Source: Amphiscolops sp. MND2022 (lineage: Eukaryota). Taken from it: a DNA stretch of 60,000 nucleotides. The notes under the pieces were generated by a model. The model was given only the letters and a program-made list of their open reading frames with translations, was not told the DNA's origin and did not search any database. The stretch lies in NCBI GenBank assembly GCA_964187785.1, contig OZ076409.1:51152001-51212000 (forward strand), given 5' to 3'. The position numbers and the translations under genes were made by a program. Shown one piece after another: positions 49,900 through 60,000 of the stretch (position 1 is the stretch's first letter; the number at the start of each line of letters is the position of its first letter).

Positions 49900-50879
49900 T
49901 AGTAAAGAAAAACAGTGGCATGGTATAACTCTCTTCAAAAAAGGAAAAATTCTCTGATGAAGCATTTTAATTACACTTCCACTTAATCAAAATCTAAGAG
50001 CAGGCAATCCGATGAAAACATTTCCAAGAATGGTAGTTTCCTGATTAATTATATTAAGGTCATTTTCTCGAAGACTATCGATTCACGTCCAATCAGCTTT
50101 TGATTGACGTTAGAATAAAATTGGAAGACAGATTGATTCAGAAAGTCCGATTTTGTCGCCACTTTTTTTGTAAGGTGAAAATTGCGAGTTCATTTCAAGA
50201 ACCAGCTATTGAAATTTCTGCATAAAACCGCTGAATTATGAATCGTGTCGTAATTATTCAATTAAAATCAGAACCCAACAGGGAAATCGAATTCGTCCGA
50301 AATTGAAGATCCGCTTAGAACTTTGAACCGTAGATTTGGTTCAATAATACAAACACAGGGCTTTCCGTCCGTTAAAAATTGATACCAGAGTATTAGGGAA
50401 GTACCTAATGTCGTGAGCTACTAAACTAATCTCTGTCCATCCAGCTGATATTCGTTACACGGCACAAAAATAATTTTCAAGCTTAGAGCACACCAACCTT
50501 AACGGAATAGTCTGGCCAAATCTAGAATATGCACGAGGGTGCAAAACGCCCCGGAATTAGGACGGCCGTCATACTGCCAATGAAATAATAGATAATTAAC
50601 TTACTTAAATTGAAAAAAAAAACAAATTGAGGTAAAAGGATGATTCTTAAGTCTTTTTGTTGCGTTCTCAAAATCGACCATTCTTTTACGTTTTCAAAAT
50701 GGGCCATGTTGTTACTTTTTGGAAATCGGTCATTTTGTGGTGCATCCTTCAAAATTTTACTTACCTTGGACACTTGCGTCTCTAGTGGTTGGCTGGGTCC
50801 TTGCTGTGAACCCTGCAATCTCGGTTCTTCGAGCTTCCACAGTTCAAATGTTTACGCCTTTTCGTTACCTACAAGTTTT

Positions 50880-51787
50880 TAAATTTTGGCAAAGTCTCTT
50901 TCGGCCATCTACATACTACATTTGAACTGTAAAAAGTGCTAAGGAGTCCCCTTCGACACTGACGCAACCCATACGGGATTTAACACATCGGATATAACGT
51001 TTTTTTTTCTGGAGAATTTTTAATGGTATCTACGTTATACGAAGTTGTTTGCGTTTTACTAAGAGGAGGAGGGGTTTCAATCGAAGTGATTAGATTTTTA
51101 GCCCCCATATGATTTTTACGGGAACAAAACACTTGGAGAGCATAGAGGGTCACCTTAGGTTTTTTTCGGCACAATGCGACTTATCGAAGATTTTAAAAAT
51201 TGAATTGAAATTTTGAAATTCCTTTCTACACAATTTTTGTTTTTTCAATGCTTTCTGCAGTGAAAACTTTTCCGAGTCCTAAGATTTACTTCATTGATTA
51301 GTTTTTGGTCCTTTTGAACTGAAGAGACTTTTCTCAATAATTGTCGAAAAAACCTACGGTTTTCTTCCGCCAGTATTTTGATCAAAGCGTACCCCTTCAT
51401 TTGTTGTCGAGTTCAAAAGAGTGTCGCGAACTTGAGGGGTCTTTTGAGTTTTCGGCACTTTTTTCAGAAAAAAAATTGGAATGAATTTTTTTCAATTGTT
51501 TTTTCTGATGTTTCGAGTTACGGAAAACGCGGTTTTCGAGTCTTATGGTTACCCTTTTGGTATATTTTTTGTACTGTAAATTTGATGGAAGTTTTCTCAA
51601 TAGTGTCCTCTAAAGCTCCATTTTCGGCACTGAGTTGCTTCCACTGTCTTATGCGTATCCGTTCGGGTAATTTTTTTGGCACTGGAAGATTGATGAAATT
51701 TTAACAATAGCGTCCTTTTGCATATTTAAAAAACATTCAATTTATTGAACCTTAGCGGGGCGCCGATTTGGGCCGTTCCCGGCTTGT
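50880..51787 (-). mobile_element. DINE-1/HINE-like family A variant
   Basis: Ends GGGGCGCCGATTTGGGCCGTTCCCGGCTTGTT. Body matches the interrupted copy in the MoaC intron (53975-54110 and 56652-56770). Confidence 0.55.
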
Positions 51788-53029
51788 TTCAAACTAAAAT
51801 GAGTTGATTTTAACCATGACTCTAATCGATGATTATAAATTATAATCATTTGATTATGATTTGCCAACCCTGTTATTACCATCCAGAACTCAATTTTCAA
51901 ATCACCAAGAAATGGGTACGTGGTTAATTGTTATGTTCCTTCCAACCTTGTAGAAGTGCAAAACTTCCATGCGAATGTCTCAATTCCGTCTCTCAGAAGA
52001 CAGCCTATTTGGATGCTTTTGTACAAACAATATTTGACTTCTTGTAGAGCTGTGACTGAAATTGTGCAATCCTTGCATCTTTATTCGCTACCGGGCAAAT
52101 TGTGGCACGTACAAGGATGTTCGGTTCTAATAGGAAAAGGAAAAATTGTGAAGGAAGCATTTTTGGAGCTGTCTATTTAGAATGATAGTTTTAAAAAGTA
52201 GCAAAGTTTTTAAAATCAAGAATTCTGATCAAGATTGGAATTAGATCTATAATTGGAACCTGTAGATACATTTCTTTAAATGATCGCACATTTTTCGAAG
52301 TTTCTATTGAATAGGAAATAGAATATGCTCCTAGAATATTTTCGACCTCATATATGCCAACACTGGTATTGATGATTATTTCACTTCACCCTCTGTATGT
52401 ATTTGAAAATTTGAAAAGGTTATACGGAAAGCTCTTCTCAAATCTTCAAGTCTACTTTCGCCAGAGAGCGTCTCTTACTCAGGAAATTTGCGCTTTTGAT
52501 AGTTCGAGAAACCACTATCGACTATCGGAGCAAATGTATCACGAATTTTTTCTCGTTAAGCCAGAGTCCACAGAAGGATATCATAGTATCTTTCTTCATC
52601 ATGGCATAGGTTTTAATTCTTTAGTAATTTTTTTTAATGTCCAAGTTATTCATCTCAGCTGACCTCTATCTGGACCGTTTCAAATGAAGTCTAGACTACT
52701 TTAAGAACTCTAGAAATGGTAGTTAAACATTTATCCATCGACATACATTCCAACATTAACAGTTATAACGTTAACTATCTATTCTCGGAAGTTTTATAAG
52801 CAAGTAAATTAACCTTTTTCAACATTCGATTTTCCTGTACCAACAGGAGTCGATTGTGCTTTGTACAGCAGTTGAAATTTTCGCAACTCCATTTTCTCGA
52901 TGATAAATATTTTTTACTTGCTGTGTCTCTGCAACTCAAATGCGCTGATCAGTCGCTGTAATGTCAAGTTTTGGTGGATTTCGAACGCGAATGTTTTCAG
53001 GCTTGCAAGCTTTTCAGGTGTTATGAATA

Positions 53030-53454
53030 ATGAAATTGAGACCTGTAAGGATATCGCAAGTTCTGCCTGCATCTTATCTAACAGTATCATCTGAGTACTG
53101 CTTTCAACGACCCTCTGTGCACATCAGGAGTCAGCAGACTCGTTTCTTACATGCTCAAGTTTCAAACCAGTTGACCCATATAGATAATCATGGAAATGTA
53201 AATTTTGTGAATATTAGTGAAAAGAAGCCTTGTCGAAGAGAAGCAGTAGCAGAAGCCACTGTGCAATTGTCTGATGACGTTTTTGAGATGGTGCTCCGAA
53301 ATGAACTTATTAAAGGTGACTTGGAGAGTACAATCAAACTGGCTGGAATCACAGGCTGTAAAAAGACTAGTTCTTTGATACCTCTTTGCCATAATATCAT
53401 TCTTGATCATGTTAATGTTGATGTGGTTTACGAACCAAAGTTTTCTGCAGTTCA
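53030..53454 (+). CDS. MOCS1: Cyclic pyranopterin monophosphate synthase (MoaC/MOCS1B-type), exon 1
   Basis: LTHID...ISEK...REAVAEA...KGD...AGITGCKKTSSLIPLCH. Basic/Ser-rich leader. CA|GTGAGT donor. Confidence 0.9.
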
Positions 53455-54139
53455 GTGAGTACATTAATGTTCCAAAGTATCTTTATGCCCTAAAAAACCT
53501 TATTCTCGAAAATCAGTCAAAAAGACTATCAGTTAAAAGTTACATTATTTGAAAATTTTAACAATGCAAATGTCATTACCGCTTTCTGTTCAGATAACAG
53601 AGCTTAAAATCACAAATTTAAATTCTTTCAGTCTAGATTATTAAGTGTGCACTTTCGCAAAATTCAAACATTAAAGATGCTTGTTTTTGAGAAATCTGTT
53701 GGGATGCGAAAGATTTACTTCCAGCAATTTTTTCTAGCTCTTCGTCTCGAAAACTAATTGGGAAAGAATGGATGAACTTTTTGAATTTTATGTGCAAAAA
53801 GCTTTACAGTTGCAGAAATATTTGTGAGCCCCGAAGTGGCTAATTTTAGTAATATCATCTCGTAGTTGATTTTTAGTCGGCGCTCTTTTTAAAGAGCGAC
53901 TATAGTCATGGCTTTTCATCAGTTTTTTTTCGATACACCTGACTTGTCCGAAATAGTTCTATCAAAAGTTCTTCAATTTTGGCAAAGTCCCTTTTGACCA
54001 TCTACATCCTACATTTGAGAAAGAAGTCCTTTAAAGAAGTCCCCTTCAGCAATAACGCAACCCATACCGGATTTAACACAAACCGGATATAATGTTTCTC
54101 GGAGAATGTTTCAATGTTACAAAAAGGTCCCCCATTCGT

Positions 54140-54823
54140 TTTTAGTCGGCGCTTCATGAAGTGAAACGCGACTATTATAGTGACTTTTTTTTTCTATCCA
54201 CACGAACTGACCAAAATAGTTCTACAAAAGTTCTACAAAATATTATTGCATCAAAATGCACTATTTGGTCTAGCGAACTGAACCAAAAAGGTTTTTCCTG
54301 TTTTTCCGCGTAACATACCATACCGGGCGAGACCAAAGACTCCCCCCTTTCATTTTTTTCGGCACTGCGAGACATTTTTTTTCGGAATTTTTTTCTTCGG
54401 AATTTTTTTTCCTCAAAGGGTCCCCCTGCATTTTTTTGATGTTTTGCGACAGAATGGATGTTGAAAAATCCCAAAGGGTCCCCCCTTTCAGTTTTTTTCG
54501 GCATTGTGAGATTTTTTCCCGAAAATGAAAATTTTTGTTTTCTTCAATTTTTTCATGTTTTGCGACAGAATGGATGTTGAAAAACCTCAAAGGGCCCCCC
54601 CTTTCAGTTTTTCGGCATTGTGAGACGTTAGCGCGCCAGGGGCTCGCGCCAGCGGGCCCCGGCGCGCCACTCGGTCCATTTTTTTAGTATGTAATTTTTT
54701 CAAAAAAAAATTCGAAAAATTTTCGATTTTCGACTACTGTAAACGAATACTTGACACTTGGAAGTCTTTTTGCTATTTTTGAGCCTTGGATATGGCGCCG
54801 ACTTGGGCCGGTCCCGGCTTGTT
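54140..54823 (-). mobile_element. DINE-1/HINE-like family A, young full-length copy
   Basis: Both termini intact in T-rich flanks. Near-identical to 58841..59506. Confidence 0.75.
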
Positions 54824-55159
54824 TTTTGGTATAGTGAGACTTTATTCTTTCAATTCAACAGCTGCTTTATTGCCAATACTTTATCATACTTTGTTATTGA
54901 TTTGAATGTTTTGAGCTACGTATGTTTTGATACTTATCCTTATCCTTAGAAGTAACGTTTGTTTATTGAAGCCCTCCATCTTTATTGTAAACAAAGCGTT
55001 TTGCGAAAGTCGAGGGCCTTCTTATAGTTTTTCGGCGCCGTGGGATTTACCGAAGATATTTTTTTGAAAAAAAATCGAAACTTTTCTTTTTTCCCATAGA
55101 TTTTTAGGAGTCGAAAAAAATTTTCGACTACTTATGCAATCGTGCTGTTTTTTTTGTTT

Positions 55160-55795
55160 TTTTTTCTCCCGACCTTTTCATGAAAATTTTAAATTTCTCA
55201 AAACCTGTCCATAAGATTTTCACGAAATTTTGCACAGTCATTCTACACCCAAAGGGGCCCCTGCGTGTGCAAAGGCATCAAAATCGTATGGCTGGGATGT
55301 GAGAAACATAGCCAAAATTAGCCCAAAAATGGCCAAAAAAACCGCCATTTTTCGACTTTTTTCGATTTTCTCAAAAACTGTCCATACGATTCGAACGAAA
55401 TTCTCTACACCATATTAGAGTCCTATATGTGCAATGGCATCAAAATCGTATGGCTGGGATGTGAGAAACATAGCCAAAATTAGCCCAAAAATGGCCAAAA
55501 AACAGCCATTTTTCGACTTTCTTCGATTTTCGCAAAAAACTGTCCATACGATTCGAACGAAATTTTCTACAGTCATTCTACACCATATTATGGTCCTTTA
55601 TGTGCAATTTTATTAAATTCGTATGGCTGCGATGTGAGAAACATAGCCAAATTTAGCCCAAAAATGGCCAAAAAAACAGTCAATTTTCGATTTTTTCGAT
55701 TTTCTCACAAACTGTTCATACGATTCGAACGAAAGCGAGTCAGAAGGAAAAAAGACTTAAGCCGACTCCTTTACCGCATATGCGGCTCTGGTTTT
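55160..55795 (+). repeat. Family C repeat with about three tandem 160-175-bp subunits
   Basis: GTATGGCTGGGATGTGAGAAACATAGCCAAAATTAGCCCAAAAATGGCC occurs three times. Terminal CCGCATATGCGG palindrome. Confidence 0.7.
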
Positions 55796-55832
55796 CTAAG
55801 TTTTCTTCAATCCCTTTTCGGAATCCTAACTA

Positions 55833-56651
55833 CACTATGGTATGAAAAAGATAGGTACCCCTGGAGAATTTGTTAAAAAGCATTTAATAAGCATGTTCTA
55901 GCAATTTATAAGCATTTTGTGGCCATCAAAACGTACTGCTCCCCAAAACATAAGCGATCTTTTGTCTCTTAACTTTTTTTCAAGTTTTCTACATTGTACC
56001 TTGTTCCATTTTTCTTAAAACTCTCCTGATCCCATTACTAGTTAGTTTTACACGAGTTTCGTTGGTAAAGACCACGTTCTGCCAGTAATTGAAAGGCCTA
56101 TATTCAATCAATTTGCACTATTTTTGACGGTTAATCTTGTGGTCGCGCTTCAAATTTAACTTTTGAGCTGCAATCCGGCTTCTGATTCCGTGTTTCCTTA
56201 AAATCTTTCGAACTATCTGCCTCGAAATGGATTCTTTGCTCGAGAATGAGTTAAAGTGTACTCTCGCTTTCTCCAAATTCACCAAGTCATTCTTTAAAAC
56301 ATCGGTGACGAGCTTCTTTTCGTCTTTTTCTGTAAGATTTTTCGGCCTGCCAGTAGGTATCTTAGGGATGTAAGAAGGTCTTTTTTTGTAACGTAAGTAG
56401 GCATTTGAAACTATATTTTGATTTAATTTTGACCTTCTCTTGTATCTCTCGGTGAGAAAATCTAACACTTTTTAATGTAACACTTTGGCAAACAAAATGA
56501 GAGTCAAGCCATTTTCGATTTCCATGAGAAGAAAAACGTTTGAACTGTAAGCTTTGAACTGTTTGAACAATGTGAACTTCCGTTTTGAAACTGAGGCTGA
56601 ACTAAAAAGTTGTTCAAAACTTGAGGTACCTATCTTTTTAATACCGTAATG
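55833..56651 (-). mobile_element. Internally deleted Tc1/mariner element
   Basis: TA TSD. 27-bp TIRs CACTATGGTATGAAAAAGATAGGTACC / CATTACGGTATTAAAAAGATAGGTACC. N-terminal transposase relic (TGRPK...ISRQIVRKILRKHG). Confidence 0.85.
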
Positions 56652-57131
56652 TATCCGTTCGCGTCTTTTTCGGCACTAGATAAAAAATTTTAACAATAGT
56701 GTCCTTTGCATATATATTAAGAAACTTGCTTTTTTGAAACTTGAGCGGGGCGCCGACTTGGGCCGGTCCTGATTTGGCATAAATAGCATTCACATACTTT
56801 TTGGTAATAGGCGCGGCTTGTTTAAATTTTATTTGAACCTATGTGCTAAAAGTGATCAGTTTATTCATCAAGTTGAGTACCATAGATATTGCGTGAAAAA
56901 ATTCTCCAGTAAATTTTTTTAAATAGCTTTTTCAGAATTGAATTCAGTTTGAAATTGATTTTTCACTTTGGGAGGCATTACATTTAGAATCGAGAACTTG
57001 GAATTAGAGCGCGAGGAATATCCCATTTCTGTTAGTTTAATGTGAGTTTTTTTGGCTTTTTTCTGAAAATGTTGTGCATAATAACAGCATCGGAAAATTT
57101 TTTGTTTTTATGTTAGTGTTTTTTGTTGCAG

Positions 57132-57366
57132 GATATCAGTGCGAGTGGTGTCTGAAGGAAAAACTGGTGTGGAAATGGAAGCATTAACAGGGGCATCTGT
57201 GGCTGCTTTGACTCTGTACGACATGTGTAAATCATACGGACATGAAATTCTAATATCCCAAATACGTCTGGTTTCCAAGTTGAAGCAGGAACCTCGCACA
57301 ATATCTTCTTTGCTCAATCGTCTGAAATTGCTGTCTTTTACCAAAACGCTTTTCCGTAACGAATAG
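57132..57366 (+). CDS. MOCS1: MoaC/MOCS1B-type, exon 2
   Basis: TTGCAG acceptor, phase 2 match. [25 protein letters not shown] signature. Confidence 0.9.
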
Positions 57367-57525
57367 TTTATGAATGAATTTATTGATATGCACAATTTGT
57401 TGGAGAAAATTATATTGAGATTCATGTTTTTCATTTGAGTGACGCGATAGATCGAACCAAATTGTGGTTGCCATCAACGTGCGGCGAGTCTAAAAGATTT
57501 TTGTCAATTTACAAACACCTCAACG

Positions 57526-59605
57526 TAGACATGAGACGATCCACCATTTTTAAATTCAATTCGTTTCGATTTTTGAGTTTTTTCGATTCGATTCGATCCA
57601 ATTCGATTCGCTGAAAAAAAAAACAAATAACCATTCAAAAGTTTATTTTCAAAAACTAAAGCATCAAAAACGAAAACAAAAAATCAAAACTTAAAGCACT
57701 ATCATAAAATTAGTGCATGTTTTCATGAAGAAACACTAAGTTTTTTACACTCTCGGATGACAAAGTTTCCCTTTTGTGTGACACTATGTACCCACTGGCA
57801 CTCCAGACTCTCACTTGGTGTTGCTGCTCCCGGAATTCCAAGAATGATGCGCGCATATTTTGCAAGTGTTGGGTATGTGGCACCTTTGTTTTTCCAAAAA
57901 GAAAGTGGGTTATCTGTTCCTTTTTCTAGTTTTTTCAAATAAGCCGTCATCTCATCGCGGACACTCAACAATGTTTTCGTTGGTTTGATCTGTTGTCAAC
58001 GTTGCGCTCACAAAAGGAGCCCAAAAGTCATCCTCATCGGTGTCTCCCGGAATTACCTCAGGACTTGGCTCACGGACAAATTCGAGAAATTGGTTGTCTC
58101 CTGGAAGGTCCAAAACTTGGAGAAGAGAAACGGTACTGTCGACCGATAACTTCATCAAAACATTTTTAAAACGAGCATCAAGCAAAGTAGCAACTTTATG
58201 AATGTCCGGATTTATCAGCCCATTGGGAAAGCGTTTTTCAAGCTCTTCGAGAGCTATTCCGGCCATTTTTTTCTCAAGATCTAATTCACTAACTTGATAA
58301 GTCACCATTTTTGATTTAACGTTAAAAAGGATTGGAATTATAGCAGACAACGTGCATTACTTTTGCCCACCCACTATGTCTGTTTTCAAGAAATTCTAAA
58401 AATATTCAAAATGTGCTTACCTTGTATTGTTTTTTGTGGTGTCTTTCAAGATGTTTTCGCAAATTTGTATTACCAGTTGGGCAAATGACAGTATCATCAC
58501 AAATTGTGCACTCTCTTGTATTCTGATCAGATGTATATCGATGATAATCGTGAACTAAGCTTCGCGTTGTTACCATGTTAAACAGTAAGTGCAATTTTAC
58601 ATACAATAAACTGAAATATAAACTGAAATGTTCTAAACCAATGATTTAATTGGATATGATTTAAAACAGAAAATGACTTATCATTACCATAGTTAAAGAT
58701 ACATACTGTAAGTTAGAATCATCTTTGAAGTCAAAAGATTTAAATCCCTTATGGCTCAGTTGGTTAAACAAAATGGCTCAGTTGGAAATGTAACTTTAAA
58801 CCTTTTTTGCGCGGGTTCGAATCGCGGTGGTACCACCTATTTTTAGTCGGCGCTTCATGAAGTGAAACGCGACTATTATAGTGACTTTTTTTTCTATCCA
58901 CACGAACTGACCAAAATAGTTCTACAAAAGTTCTACAAAATATTATTGCATCAAAATGCACTATTTGGTCTAGCGAACTGAACCAAAAAGGTTCTTCCTG
59001 TTTTTCCGCGTAACATACCATACCGGGCGAGACCAAAGACTCCCCCCTTTCATTTTTTTCGGCACTGCGAGACTTTTTTCGAAAAAAAATTTCCCCAAAG
59101 GGTCCCCCCTGAATTTTTTTTGATGTTTTGCGACCGAATGGATGTTGAAAAATCCCAAAGGGTCCCCCCTTTCAGTTTTTTTTCGGCATTGTGAGATTTG
59201 TTCCCGAAAATGAAAATTTTTGTTTTCAATTTTTTCATGTTTTACGACAGAATGGATGTTGAAAAACCTCAAAGGGTCCCCTTTCAGTTTTTCGGCATTG
59301 TGAGACGTTAGCGCGCCAGGGGCTCGCGCCAGCGTGCCCCGGCGCGCCACTCGGTCCATTTTTTTGAGTATGCAATTTTTTCGAAAAATTTTTTTTCAAA
59401 AAGTTTCGATTTTCGAGTACTGTAAAAGAGTACTTGACACCTGGAAGTCTTTTTGCTATTTTTGAGCCTTGGATATGGCGCCGACTTGGGCCGGTCCCGG
59501 CTTGTTTATTTTAAAAATGCTTTCTGGATCGAATTTCGATTCGATTCGATTTTTCAAAATTTCGATTTAATTCGATACTCGATTCGATTTTTTCTAATGT
59601 CTCTA
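57526..59605 (-). mobile_element. hAT DNA transposon, internally deleted
   Basis: 8-bp TSD CCTCAACG at 57518-57525 and 59606-59613. TAGA...TCTA termini and subterminal ATTCG repeats. BED finger (CTIC...TNLRKHLERHH), ATLLDARFK, dimerisation domain (PLSFWK...YPTLAKYARIILGIPGAATPSE). Confidence 0.9.
58841..59506 (-). mobile_element. DINE-1/HINE-like family A, young copy nested in the hAT element
   Basis: Near-identical to 54140..54823. Confidence 0.75.
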
Positions 59606-60000
59606 CCTCAACGGTCAGATCCGAGTCGCAAATCCGAAAATTATTCCGAACATTGCCAATCGAACAGTGTTTCCTCGGAAATATTGCAATTGTATCAGTA
59701 TGAGCTTGTTTTAAGTAGTTGAATCACAAAATCGTATCTTGATATATGTAATTTTGAAAAAGTTAATTTTACAGCTTATTTTTTTAAGATTTTACAATGA
59801 TTTCTAAATCAAGAGTTACCAGCGGCTTCAGTAAATTCAAGGTATCGATTAAACTTACAATTTCTCGAATTTCGAGCATAAGTGAGAACCTCAATTTTGA
59901 ACTGAATTGGTTAAAATGGCCTATCGTAACTTCAATTTTCATCGCATAATTTTCAATCAAACATATTTGTAATGTAGAAAAAGATGGAAACATTTTCTAC

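Noticed and set aside
50522..50818. 98-aa minus-strand ORF as a protein gene
   Set aside because: Non-ATG start, upstream in-frame stop, and no recognisable domain or coding splice path.
53030..57366. Bacterial horizontal transfer of moaC
   Set aside because: It has a spliceosomal intron and a eukaryote-type leader, and MoaC is native to animals.
58750..58838. Functional tRNA gene
   Set aside because: Only A/B boxes are present. No acceptor or anticodon stems can be formed.

Overview
AT-rich, intron-rich animal (invertebrate) genomic DNA with three spliced protein-coding genes embedded in dense, nested transposon sequence. (1) A minus-strand multi-exon coiled-coil gene starts at 12658 and runs off the left edge. 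(2) Head-to-head with it is a 7-exon plus-strand gene (14501..48171, about 1910 aa) encoding RING, two B-boxes, a coiled coil and five extended Tudor domains, the RNF17/TDRD4/Qin-Kumo piRNA-pathway architecture. (3) A 2-exon stand-alone MoaC (MOCS1B-type) gene lies at 53030..57366. Repeats include two apparently identical, inverted 1579-bp defective pogo/Tigger elements, two inverted MULE-like MITEs with 9-bp TSDs, a 3.6-kb 41-42-bp satellite, a rearranged Gypsy element with a nested Tc1, CRE-like and CR1-like LINE relics, a hAT element with an 8-bp TSD, and many DINE-1/HINE-like Helentron derivatives. Most coding TE relics are antisense to their host genes, including a young Tigger 150 bp behind the RNF17 stop codon. 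Exon boundaries were read by eye from GT/AG sites and phase continuity. No searches or alignments were run.
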